64,000 nt of DNA, taken from an uncultured Flavobacteriaceae bacterium (GTDB lineage Bacteria > Bacteroidota > Bacteroidia > Flavobacteriales > Flavobacteriaceae). The notes below the pieces were generated by a model, which saw only the letters and a list, made by a program, of their open reading frames with translations, did no database searches and was not told where the DNA came from. The translations under genes and the position numbers were made by a program. Where the stretch lies: positions 365-64,364 of the forward strand of contig CAMZLD010000056.1 of NCBI GenBank assembly GCA_947311635.1, given 5' to 3'. This document shows positions 18,059 through 26,931 of the stretch, in pieces; the first letter of the stretch is position 1, and each line of letters starts with the position of its first letter.

Positions 18059-19858
18059 ATGAATATAACACCCAACAAATTAACTATATCACAACTTTTA
18101 GCAACACCAAATGAACAATTTGTAGTACCATCTTATCAAAGAAGATATGCTTGGGGTTACCCTCAATACACGGCATTGTTTGAAGATATTGACATGTTAA
18201 AAAACAACGAAGGTCATTTGTTTGGTACTATAATTCTACACTCAAGCCACCATACAGGTGGTTTAAATAGACCTGAATTAGTAGATGGTCAGCAAAGACT
18301 TACTACTTTAATTATTCTATTAAAAGCAATAGAAACTGTTTATAGAATTAAAAACGAAGACCAAAAAGCAAATGAAATAAGAAATAAAGTTATTTGTAAA
18401 GGATTAGATGAAATTGAAAAATCAAAATTAGAATTAGGAAAATTAGATAATGCAGATATTAAGCAGTTAATTTTAGAAAATAAGACAGAAAATATTACTA
18501 ATAAAAAAATTAAAAATGCTTTTTTAGATTATAAAGCATGGCTTTTAGAATTTGATGTTTCTGAAATTAACCGGTTCCTATTTAAGCTAACAAACATTGC
18601 TGTTATTATTAGATTAGATGTTGGTATGGCACAAGATGCCTATAAATTATTTGAAACAATAAACAATAGAGGTTTGCGCTTATCTGCAACAGATATTATA
18701 AAGAACTTCTTATTGGGTCATGCTTCTAAAATACCAGACAAAACTACACTTGAAAAAGTAAAAGAACTTTGGTCTAATATTATAATTAATTTAGACGATA
18801 TTGATTCCGATGATTTTTTAAGACAATTTATGTGTTCTATTCTTTTTAGAAAAATCACCATGTCTAAATTGGTTTTAGAATTTAAAAAGCACTATTTAAA
18901 AAATGTTAAATATGGAGAGTTATTAGGTGAATACCAATACTATTTTGATACCGAATTAGTTGATGATGATGAAAATGAAATAGAAGTTGAAAATGAAAGT
19001 GAAATAGTTATAAATGAACCAGTAGAAGATGAAAATAAGTTTACTATTATAGAATTTTTAGAAAATTTAGAAACACTTTCTTCTACATATAAAAAATTAG
19101 TTTTTAATAATCATGAGAATATTAGAATTCAGAGACGAATCAAAAATCTAAACAACATTTTATCGAAACCAGCATATATATTTTTAATGCACTTTTTAGA
19201 TAATAACAAATTCAATGTAAACGAGAAATTAAAAGTTTTAGAATACTTTGAAAGTTTAATGTTGAGAAGGCATATTTGTGAAAGAAGAACAAGTGAAAAT
19301 GATGATATATTTTCTAAGTTACTTTTATTATTTAATAGCGACAACTTACTAAAAAGTATAAAAGAACATTTAACCAAGACAGAAAACATTCCTTTAGATG
19401 ATGAATTTATTGAAAGTTTTCCAAAGCATCAGTTTAAAGGAAGATTAATTGACAGAGCAAAATATGTATTAGAAAGTATAGAATACTATCACAGAGGTAA
19501 TACTGGTGAATTAACTGTTTCATCAAGTGAAGAAGTACATTTAGAGCATATCATACCTCAGACAATCAAAACAAAAAAAGCCAAATTAGAGTTTGGAGAT
19601 TGGGTTACATATCTTGGAAACAATAGTTTAGTGAAGCATAAAAAGTATGTTAATTACATTGGTAATATGACTTTGCTAGGAGAAACTTTAAATATCCAAG
19701 CTTATAATAATCCTTTTACTAAAAAGAAAACAAGTTATAAAAAATCAAGTTTTATGATCACCAATGAATTAGCAAAATTAAATGATTTTAGATTTTATCA
19801 TGTTGATAAAAGAAGTGAGCAATTAACAACTCTTGCTATTAAAATATGGAAAGTTTAA
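18059..19858 (+). CDS. DUF262/DUF1524 nuclease, GmrSD-family (type IV, modification-dependent restriction-like)
   Basis: N-terminal DUF262 motifs (PSYQRRYAWG, and LVDGQQRLTTL with DGQQR at 18284-18298). C-terminal DUF1524 His-Me-type motifs (HLEH at 19538-19549, then IGNMTLLGETLN). I took the ATG at 18059; the track starts at the TTG at 18053. Confidence 0.75.
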   Translation: MNITPNKLTISQLLATPNEQFVVPSYQRRYAWGYPQYTALFEDIDMLKNNEGHLFGTIILHSSHHTGGLNRPELVDGQQRLTTLIILLKAIETVYRIKNEDQKANEIRNKVICKGLDEIEKSKLELGKLDNADIKQLILENKTENITNKKIKNAFLDYKAWLLEFDVSEINRFLFKLTNIAVIIRLDVGMAQDAYKLFETINNRGLRLSATDIIKNFLLGHASKIPDKTTLEKVKELWSNIIINLDDIDSDDFLRQFMCSILFRKITMSKLVLEFKKHYLKNVKYGELLGEYQYYFDTELVDDDENEIEVENESEIVINEPVEDENKFTIIEFLENLETLSSTYKKLVFNNHENIRIQRRIKNLNNILSKPAYIFLMHFLDNNKFNVNEKLKVLEYFESLMLRRHICERRTSENDDIFSKLLLLFNSDNLLKSIKEHLTKTENIPLDDEFIESFPKHQFKGRLIDRAKYVLESIEYYHRGNTGELTVSSSEEVHLEHIIPQTIKTKKAKLEFGDWVTYLGNNSLVKHKKYVNYIGNMTLLGETLNIQAYNNPFTKKKTSYKKSSFMITNELAKLNDFRFYHVDKRSEQLTTLAIKIWKV

Positions 19859-20071
19859 TCTTATGTCAACCAGCTTATATATTAAAAGTAATATCAAAAT
19901 TTTAAAAGAAGAAGTTCAATTAAATAAGGAAACATACTTGCAAATGTTTGCCAAACTTCTTTATCAACTTGTATTCACGTTCTATTTTTTTAAGAAGTAT
20001 TAGTGAACCATCTTAACTAATTTTTAATGCTGAAAAATCAACAGAAATAACGGTATTTCCTCTGTAAAATA

Positions 20072-20449
20072 ATGTATCTTTATTACCCAAAATTGGGTGT
20101 TTTTTTTAAGATTTTTTTTTCACACAATAAAAATAACACTTTACACCCAATTTTATCAAATTATAATGAATTTTTCAGGTTAAGTGAAACCTGCCTTAAA
20201 TATGGTGCCATAGAAAAGATTGAAATCTATACCAAAGAAATTGATAAATAAGTTTCCATAAAGTATTTTTCATCTTTCGAAAAATTAGAAGGGAATAATA
20301 TTAAAATTGAATTAGAAAAAGAAATAACAATACAAGGGTTTTTCGACATAAAACCAAAAATGATATCGATATTTCTTATTATAGACAATAAAGGAGCATT
20401 TTTATACAAAACAACCACTATGATTCAAATCCAAAATAAAAAACCATGA
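20072..20449 (+). pseudogene. reading frame of ~125 codons interrupted by one in-frame TAA (20249-20251)
   Basis: Own translation: MYLYYPKLGVFFKIFFSHNKNNTLHPILSNYNEFFRLSETCLKYGAIEKIEIYTKEIDK*VSIKYFSSFEKLEGNNIKIELEKEITIQGFFDIKPKMISIFLIIDNKGAFLYKTTTMIQIQNKKP*. Both halves are in the same frame. The stop overlaps the next ATG (ATGA at 20446-20449). Confidence 0.35.
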
Positions 20450-20796
20450 ATCCACAAAAATGTTTAGAGTGTAATGCGCCTTTTAAAGGAAGAATAGATA
20501 AAAAGTTTTGCTCTGATTATTGTAGAAACACCTATAATAATAAGATAGATAAAGCAAGTAAAAATATGATACGTAATGTAAATTACAGGTTGCGTAAAAA
20601 CTACAAAACACTTTGCAAACTCAATAAATCTGGAAAGACAAAAGTAACACGTGTTAAATTAATTACCGAAAACTTTGACTTTAACACCTTTACATCTATT
20701 TATACTACTAAAACAGGCAACACCTATTTTTATGTGTACGATCAAGGTTATTTAGCCTTAGAAAACGATTATTACTTGTTAATTAAACGTGATTAG
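20446..20796 (+). CDS. zinc-ribbon hypothetical protein
   Basis: 116 aa with N-terminal CLEC...(13 aa)...CSDYCR, a four-Cys zinc-ribbon-like pattern, followed by a basic region. Confidence 0.6.
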   Translation: MNPQKCLECNAPFKGRIDKKFCSDYCRNTYNNKIDKASKNMIRNVNYRLRKNYKTLCKLNKSGKTKVTRVKLITENFDFNTFTSIYTTKTGNTYFYVYDQGYLALENDYYLLIKRD

Positions 20797-20797
20797 T

Positions 20798-22225
20798 TTA
20801 TTTAATTTCGGTTACTCTAAGGGTGTTTACCATTCCTTTTTCTTTTACAGGGGTTGAGGTGAGACTAATCACAAAATCATCTTTTTTTACAAAGCCTTTT
20901 TCTTTTGCAATGGCGGCAATATCTCTAACAGTTTGGTCTGTAGAGACAAACTTATCATAATAAAAACATCGTACACCCCAAAGCAGGTTAAGCATTGCTA
21001 AAATTCTTCGGTTAGAAGAAAAGGCAAGTACGTGTGCAGTTGGTCTCCAAGCAGAAATTTGAAATGCAGTATAACCACTATTGGTTAATGTAAAAATAGC
21101 TTCTGCTTTAATATCATTCGCCATTAATGCAGCATGGTGACAAACGGCTTTTGTAATATAACGATTGGTACGAATATGAGGCGGTGCTTGAGGAACATTA
21201 ATTAACGGAGAGTCTTCTACACCTTTAATAATATCGCACATTTTTTGTATTACTTGTAGCGGATATTTTCCTACAGAAGTTTCTCCAGAAAGCATTACGG
21301 CATCTGCTCCATCCATGATAGAGTTGGCAACATCATTAACCTCTGCACGTGTTGGCACTTCGTTTTCTATCATAGTTTCCATCATTTGCGTAGCAATAAT
21401 CACAGGAATCCGTGCTTTTTTTGCTGTATGCACCAGCATTTTTTGTATTAAAGGTACTTCTTGCATGGGCAATTCTACACCTAAATCGCCACGAGCAACC
21501 ATTAATGCATCACAATAAGGTATTAAACTATCTATATTTGCAACAGCTTCTGGTTTTTCGATTTTCGCAATGACAGGTATTTTATGATCGCTGTTTTCTT
21601 CAATAAGCGTATTAAGCAGTTGTAAATCTTCTTTAGTTCTTACAAAAGAAAGTGCAATCCAATCTACTTTTTGTGCTATAGCAAAATGAGCATCTTTAAC
21701 ATCTTTTTTGGTAAGCGCAGGTAAAGAAATTTTGGTATTTGGTAGATTTACACCTTTTTTAGAATTTAAAGGACCACCACGCAATACCTTAGTGGTAACT
21801 TCATCTATTTTATTGGTATCAATAACTTCAAATAAAAGTTTACCATCATCTACCAATATTTTTTCACCTTTAGAAACATCCTTCGGAAACCTTTTGTAGG
21901 TCATAAAGGCTTTTTCTGAAGAACCAATACATTTGTTGGTAGTAAATGTAAATGCTTGTCCTTCTTTAAGAAAAATACCATCTTCCATTTTACCAACACG
22001 TAATTTTGGTCCTTGTAAATCTGCTAGAATAGCAACATTATAACCTTTGCGATTGTTGATTTCTCTAATATCTTTAATACGTTGTTCTACATCTTCATAC
22101 ACCGCATGAGAAAAATTTACTCTAAAGACATTGACGCCAATATCCATCATTTCTTCCATGATTTCTTTTGATCCACATGCAGGGCCAAGGGTAGCAACTA
22201 TTTTTGTTTTTTTTCTATTTACCAT
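20798..22225 (-). CDS. pyk: pyruvate kinase
   Basis: KTKIVATLGPA...NFSHA...DLQGPKLR...MVARGDLGVE...ATQMMETM signatures; 475 aa. Confidence 0.97.
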   Translation of the reverse strand: MVNRKKTKIVATLGPACGSKEIMEEMMDIGVNVFRVNFSHAVYEDVEQRIKDIREINNRKGYNVAILADLQGPKLRVGKMEDGIFLKEGQAFTFTTNKCIGSSEKAFMTYKRFPKDVSKGEKILVDDGKLLFEVIDTNKIDEVTTKVLRGGPLNSKKGVNLPNTKISLPALTKKDVKDAHFAIAQKVDWIALSFVRTKEDLQLLNTLIEENSDHKIPVIAKIEKPEAVANIDSLIPYCDALMVARGDLGVELPMQEVPLIQKMLVHTAKKARIPVIIATQMMETMIENEVPTRAEVNDVANSIMDGADAVMLSGETSVGKYPLQVIQKMCDIIKGVEDSPLINVPQAPPHIRTNRYITKAVCHHAALMANDIKAEAIFTLTNSGYTAFQISAWRPTAHVLAFSSNRRILAMLNLLWGVRCFYYDKFVSTDQTVRDIAAIAKEKGFVKKDDFVISLTSTPVKEKGMVNTLRVTEIK

Positions 22226-22227
22226 AT

Positions 22228-22686
22228 TTAAAATATTAATGCGTCTCTAGAATTTAACACCTCGGTATTTATTGTGTAGCTTGTTAAAATTTGAGGGATT
22301 TTGTTTATTTTATTTACAATATCTTGTAAGCAAGAATGAGATAGATCGCCTTCTATTTTTAAAAAATAATCAACGTTTTTATATTCAGGTATTAAATAAG
22401 TAGTTTCATTAATAACACTTGTAAACAACGTGTTTTGTTTTTTATTTTTCGGGCTTCCGGTGTGCTTATTAGAAATTAAATATTGATCTGTACAAGTATA
22501 TGTATCTTCAAACACAAAAATTGAAAAACAAGCGTTTTTATCTTCAAAGTCTAAAGAAACAGCGTGCTTTGAAAAACATGTTGCCATATTTTTGTTTATT
22601 AAATATGCCAAACGATAATCTTCTTCAGGGCTATGAATGCCAATTAAAGCATAGGTATAATCTAGTTCTAATGTAAGTTTTTGCAT
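22228..22686 (-). CDS. IPExxxVDY family protein
   Basis: Contains LIPEYKNVDYFLKIEG, the name-giving motif, and sits between rnc and pyk. I set the start at MQKLTLELDY (22686); the track ORF extends to 22716. Confidence 0.75.
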   Translation of the reverse strand: MQKLTLELDYTYALIGIHSPEEDYRLAYLINKNMATCFSKHAVSLDFEDKNACFSIFVFEDTYTCTDQYLISNKHTGSPKNKKQNTLFTSVINETTYLIPEYKNVDYFLKIEGDLSHSCLQDIVNKINKIPQILTSYTINTEVLNSRDALIF

Positions 22687-22747
22687 TTCAAAGTTAAATG
22701 AAACGCTAAGGTACATATTGTTTTAGTAAGGAAGAAATAAAAAGGAG

Positions 22748-23503
22748 TTAAGGCTTCCTTTTTTTTGGTTGATTTTCTATAGAGTTTTGAAAAGCATAAT
22801 AGGCACGTTTTGATGCTTTTTCTTCGGCTTTTTTCTTAGAAGTAGCCCTTCCTTTAGCAACAACTTTTTTATCTACTAAAAGTTTTACACTAAAATGCTT
22901 TACGGTGTCTTTACCGGTATCTTCATAAACGTCAAAAAAGAATTTTCGTTTTTCTTTTTGGCACCATTCTATAAAAAGACTTTTATAACTTGTTACTTTT
23001 CCTTCTAGTTTTTTAATATCTATATAGGGTACAACAACACGTTTGTAAACAAATTTTTTGCAATACTTATAACCTCTATCTAAATAGATGGCACCTAACA
23101 ATGCCTCAAAAACATTGCCGTGAATATTTTCACCAAAATGACTGGTTTCTATGGTACTTTGAACAAATTTAATAAGGTTTAAATCTCTACCTAATTCATT
23201 TAAATGTTCTCTATTTACTATTTTAGAACGCATTTGAGTGAGGTATCCTTCATTTCCTGAAGGTACTTTTTTAAATAAATAAGAAGCAATAACGGCGCCT
23301 AACATAGCGTCTCCTAAAAATTCTAAACGCTCATAATTTAGAGGATTTCCTTTTGAATCGGTATTTTTTATTGAACTGTGTAAAAAGGCTTTTTTGTAGA
23401 GTAATATGTTTTTTGGAGAAAATCCTAAAATTGTTTTAATTTCATCATAAAATAAGGCTTCTTCTTTTGTTTGACGCCTTATTATTTTATGAAATAAACG
23501 CAT
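22748..23503 (-). CDS. rnc: ribonuclease III
   Basis: RNase III signature ERLEFLGDAMLG, plus a C-terminal dsRBD (...KLLVDKKVVAKGRATSKKKAEEKASKRAY). Confidence 0.95.
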   Translation of the reverse strand: MRLFHKIIRRQTKEEALFYDEIKTILGFSPKNILLYKKAFLHSSIKNTDSKGNPLNYERLEFLGDAMLGAVIASYLFKKVPSGNEGYLTQMRSKIVNREHLNELGRDLNLIKFVQSTIETSHFGENIHGNVFEALLGAIYLDRGYKYCKKFVYKRVVVPYIDIKKLEGKVTSYKSLFIEWCQKEKRKFFFDVYEDTGKDTVKHFSVKLLVDKKVVAKGRATSKKKAEEKASKRAYYAFQNSIENQPKKRKP

Positions 23504-23507
23504 TGGG

Positions 23508-24761
23508 TTATTCTTTTAATTTTTTAAATACTACACAGGCATTATGACCTCCAAAACCAAAAGTATTGCTCATAGCAACGTTTACTTCTCTTTTTTGAGG
23601 CTTATTTAAGGTTAAGTTTAGTGACTGGTCAATATTTTCATCTACGGTTGTATGATTAATTGTTGGTGGCACAATGTTGTTTTCCATCGCTAAAATAGCA
23701 GCAATAGATTCAACAGCACCAGCCGCACCTAATAAATGTCCTGTCATTGATTTGGTAGAATTAATGTTGATGTTTTTAGCATGATCACCAAAGACCTCTG
23801 TAATGGCTTTTAGTTCTGCAACATCACCAAGAGGTGTAGAGGTTCCGTGCGTGTTGATATGGTCTACATCTTCTGGTTTTAATCCAGCATTTTCAAGACA
23901 ATTTTTCATAACGGCAATAACGCCAATACCGTCTGGATGAGGAGCTGTCATATGATGTGCGTCTGAAGATAAGCCTCCGCCAGCAACTTCTGCATAAATT
24001 TTTGCTCCTCTGGCTTTGGCATGCTCATATTCTTCTAAGATAATAGCGCCAGCACCTTCTCCTAAAACAAAACCATCACGTGTTGCGTCAAAAGGTCTAG
24101 AAGCTTTCTCTGGATTTTCATTTCTGGTAGACAAGGCGTGCATAGCATTAAAGCCACCCATACCTGCAATGGTAACTGCGGCTTCGCTTCCACCAGTAAC
24201 AACAACATCACAATGTCCTAAGCGGATGTTGTTAAGTGCATCTATCATAGCATTTGCAGAAGATGCACAAGCAGAAACTGTGGTATAGTTTGGCCCCATA
24301 AAACCATATTTAATAGAAATTAAACCTGGCGCAATATCTGCAATCATTTTAGGGATAAAAAATGGATTGAACCTTGGGGTACCATTACCACTAGCAAAAT
24401 TTAAGACTTCATTTTGAAAGGTTTCTAAGCCACCAATACCTGCGCCCCAAATAACACCTACACGTAATTTATTTAATGTAGAAAGGTCTAGTTTAGAATC
24501 TAGAATAGCTTCGTCTGATGCAACCATGGCATATTGAGCAAAGCGATCCATTTTTCGAGCTTCTTTTCTGTTAATAAAGTCTGTTACTTCAAAGTTTTTC
24601 AACTCACAAGCAAACTTTGTTTTAAAGAGTTCTGCATCAAAATACGTAATAGGTGCAGCGCCACTTTTACCTTGTAAAAGGGCTTCCCAAAAGGCATCTT
24701 TGGTATTTCCTATTGGTGTCAAAGCTCCTAATCCTGTAACTACTACGCGTTTTAATTCCAT
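23508..24761 (-). CDS. fabF: beta-ketoacyl-ACP synthase II
   Basis: MELKRVVVTGLG..., active-site TVSACASS, and HGTSTPLGD / GHLLGAAG His motifs. I set the start at MELKR (24761); the track extends to 24806. Confidence 0.95.
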   Translation of the reverse strand: MELKRVVVTGLGALTPIGNTKDAFWEALLQGKSGAAPITYFDAELFKTKFACELKNFEVTDFINRKEARKMDRFAQYAMVASDEAILDSKLDLSTLNKLRVGVIWGAGIGGLETFQNEVLNFASGNGTPRFNPFFIPKMIADIAPGLISIKYGFMGPNYTTVSACASSANAMIDALNNIRLGHCDVVVTGGSEAAVTIAGMGGFNAMHALSTRNENPEKASRPFDATRDGFVLGEGAGAIILEEYEHAKARGAKIYAEVAGGGLSSDAHHMTAPHPDGIGVIAVMKNCLENAGLKPEDVDHINTHGTSTPLGDVAELKAITEVFGDHAKNININSTKSMTGHLLGAAGAVESIAAILAMENNIVPPTINHTTVDENIDQSLNLTLNKPQKREVNVAMSNTFGFGGHNACVVFKKLKE

Positions 24762-24842
24762 TTGATTTGGTTGTTGGTTAAAGTAAAAAAACCTATCAAT
24801 GACCAAAAGGACATTAATAGGCTTTACTAATATATAAAATTC

Positions 24843-25076
24843 TTATTTAGCTCCTTCGATATACGAAATAGCTTGACCTACTGTCCCAATGTTTTCAGCT
24901 TGGTCGTCTGGAATTTGAATATCAAATTCTTTTTCGAACTCCATGATTAATTCTACAGTGTCTAATGAATCTGCACCTAAATCGTTTGTGAAGCTCGCTT
25001 CTGTTGTTACTTCGTTTTCGTCAACGCCTAGTTTATCAACTATAATGGCTTTTACTCTTGATGAAATGTCTGACAT
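24843..25076 (-). CDS. acpP: acyl carrier protein
   Basis: 77 aa with the [16 protein letters not shown] phosphopantetheine-attachment motif. Confidence 0.97.
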   Translation of the reverse strand: MSDISSRVKAIIVDKLGVDENEVTTEASFTNDLGADSLDTVELIMEFEKEFDIQIPDDQAENIGTVGQAISYIEGAK

Positions 25077-25108
25077 AATTTATTTAATTTAATTAATTTT
25101 AATTGTTG

Positions 25109-25116
25109 CAAAAATA
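25109..25116 (-). promoter_or_regulatory. candidate -7 box (TATTTTTG) for acpP-fabF-rnc
   Basis: The reverse complement of CAAAAATA is TATTTTTG, matching TAnnTTTG, 33 nt upstream of the acpP ATG. No obvious -33 TTG. Confidence 0.35.
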
Positions 25117-25151
25117 TGAAACTTTCTTTAATTCCTAATTGTTATTTTAAA

Positions 25152-25159
25152 TACTTTTG
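25152..25159 (+). promoter_or_regulatory. candidate -7 box (TACTTTTG) for purN-rnhA
   Basis: Matches TAnnTTTG about 95-105 nt upstream of the purN ATG candidates, in the divergent intergenic region shared with acpP. Confidence 0.3.
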
Positions 25160-25264
25160 TGAAAGTACAAAAAAATATAGTTTAATAAAACTTTTTTCTA
25201 CTTTTAGAAACATTATTTAAGCATATCTTTGCTTTTTTTGTACTCATTAAAAATGACTATTGTA

Positions 25265-25834
25265 ATGAAACGTATCGTGGTGCTTGCTTCTGGTTCTGGT
25301 AGCAATGCAGAAAATATTATAAAGTACTTTCAAAAGAATGCCACTATTAAGATTACGCATGTGCTTTCTAACAAGAAGGATGCCAAAGTTTTAGAGAAGG
25401 CTAAAAAACACAATATCAACAGTTTGTATTTCAACACCTCTTTTTTAACTTCTGAAGAAGGCTTGCTTTCTTTTTTAAAAGAGCACGCAGATTATATTGT
25501 GTTAGCGGGTTTTTTACAACGCATTCCTAAAATTATTGTAAGTACTTTTCCGAATAAAATTATAAACATTCATCCTGCTTTGTTACCAAAATATGGCGGT
25601 AAAGGAATGTATGGCATGCATGTTCATAAAGCAGTTGTTGAGAATAAGGAGACTAAAACAGGCATGACCATTCATTTTGTAAATGAAAATTATGATGAAG
25701 GCGCTATTATTTTTCAGCAAAGCGTTCCAATATTACCAAATGATACTCCAAAAGTTGTTGCAGTAAAAGTACTGGCATTAGAACACGCTTTTTTTCCGAA
25801 GATTATCGAAAAAGTTATCAATGAGCAACGATAA
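25265..25834 (+). CDS. purN: phosphoribosylglycinamide formyltransferase
   Basis: RIVVLASGSGSNAE...VLAGF...INIHPALLPKYGG.G signatures. ATG at 25265 (or 25253); the track starts at the TTG at 25229. Confidence 0.92.
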   Translation: MKRIVVLASGSGSNAENIIKYFQKNATIKITHVLSNKKDAKVLEKAKKHNINSLYFNTSFLTSEEGLLSFLKEHADYIVLAGFLQRIPKIIVSTFPNKIINIHPALLPKYGGKGMYGMHVHKAVVENKETKTGMTIHFVNENYDEGAIIFQQSVPILPNDTPKVVAVKVLALEHAFFPKIIEKVINEQR

Positions 25835-26309
25835 AATACATATTTATACAGATGGTTCTTCTAGAGGAAACCCTGGGCCTGGCGGTTATGGTATTGTCAT
25901 GGAATGGGTTGGAAAACCGTATGTAAAAGAGTTTTCAGAAGGATTTAGAAAAACGACCAACAACCGTATGGAACTGTTAGCAGTAATTATTGCGTTAGAA
26001 AAATTGACCAAAAAAAAATTGGAAGTCACTGTTTTTTCGGATTCTAAATATGTGGTAGATGCTGTTGAAAAAAAATGGGTGTTTGCATGGCAAAAAAAGG
26101 GCTTTAAGGATAAGAAAAACGTTGATTTATGGAAACGTTTTTTAAAAGTGTATAAAAAACACAATGTCCGTCTACAATGGATCAAAGGCCATAATGACCA
26201 TAAACAGAATGAACGTTGTGATGTATTAGCTGTAAATGCTTCTAAAAAAGAACCGTTACAGATTGATAATGGTTACGAAACGCAATCTGACAATTTGTTT
26301 ACGGCTTAA
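25821..26309 (+). CDS. rnhA: ribonuclease HI
   Basis: IYTDGSSRGNPGPGGYG...TNNRMEL...SDS.Y...W..KGH...NE.CD catalytic DEDD pattern. Overlaps purN by 14 nt. Confidence 0.93.
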   Translation: MSNDKIHIYTDGSSRGNPGPGGYGIVMEWVGKPYVKEFSEGFRKTTNNRMELLAVIIALEKLTKKKLEVTVFSDSKYVVDAVEKKWVFAWQKKGFKDKKNVDLWKRFLKVYKKHNVRLQWIKGHNDHKQNERCDVLAVNASKKEPLQIDNGYETQSDNLFTA

Positions 26310-26886
26310 AGCTCTTTAATTTTGCTACCAAAGCTTGTAGTTCTTTTGGTGGATTACCTGCATCAAAAGTAGGGCAAGTAATACTTTCTTTACCGTTAAA
26401 AACCGTAATTGTTGCCACAGAAGCACCATCATATTGGTGTTTGGTAGAAGGAGGCTGTATTTTAGAAAACCTTTTATAATCTATACGTTCTAAAACAGCT
26501 TTTAATTCTTTAACATTTTTAGCATTAAGTGTTTTACTTTTAGAGGTAGAATGACCTCTAAAATAGTTTTTAAATTGTGCGTTAGTGCCATTAATAACAA
26601 TTGACTCACGACTACCCCTAGAAGAAGTTGTATAGGTTATAACCATTTCCTTTTGTTGGGTGTTTTTGGCTGATTGCTTGGTGGTTTTAGGTTTGTTAGA
26701 TTGATTGTCAATTGTTTTTGTTGGCGTGTTACTTACAGCGTCTTGCTGATTCTTAGTATTAGAAACAGCACTATCTATAACTTCTTTAACAGTTGTTTTT
26801 TGTGTTTCTGCAGTTTTCTTTTTTCCTTTACAAGCATTTAATTGAAAAGACATAAAAGTGATTAATAACATAGAAGTAAGTTTCAT
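26299..26886 (-). CDS. hypothetical lipoprotein
   Basis: Lipobox QLNAC, a T/K/Q-rich low-complexity linker, then a ~110-aa globular C-terminus. No motif recognised. Confidence 0.55.
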   Translation of the reverse strand: MKLTSMLLITFMSFQLNACKGKKKTAETQKTTVKEVIDSAVSNTKNQQDAVSNTPTKTIDNQSNKPKTTKQSAKNTQQKEMVITYTTSSRGSRESIVINGTNAQFKNYFRGHSTSKSKTLNAKNVKELKAVLERIDYKRFSKIQPPSTKHQYDGASVATITVFNGKESITCPTFDAGNPPKELQALVAKLKSFKP

Positions 26887-26931
26887 AATGAGTTGTTTTT
26901 TGTCTAAAAATACAAAAAATGTACCAAATTT

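Noticed and set aside
20227-20418. 63-aa minus-strand ORF from the track
   Set aside because: It has antisense-type composition (I/L/S/F). The + strand frame over the same DNA is protein-like and is coupled to the next gene, so I preferred the + strand pseudogene interpretation. The choice remains uncertain.
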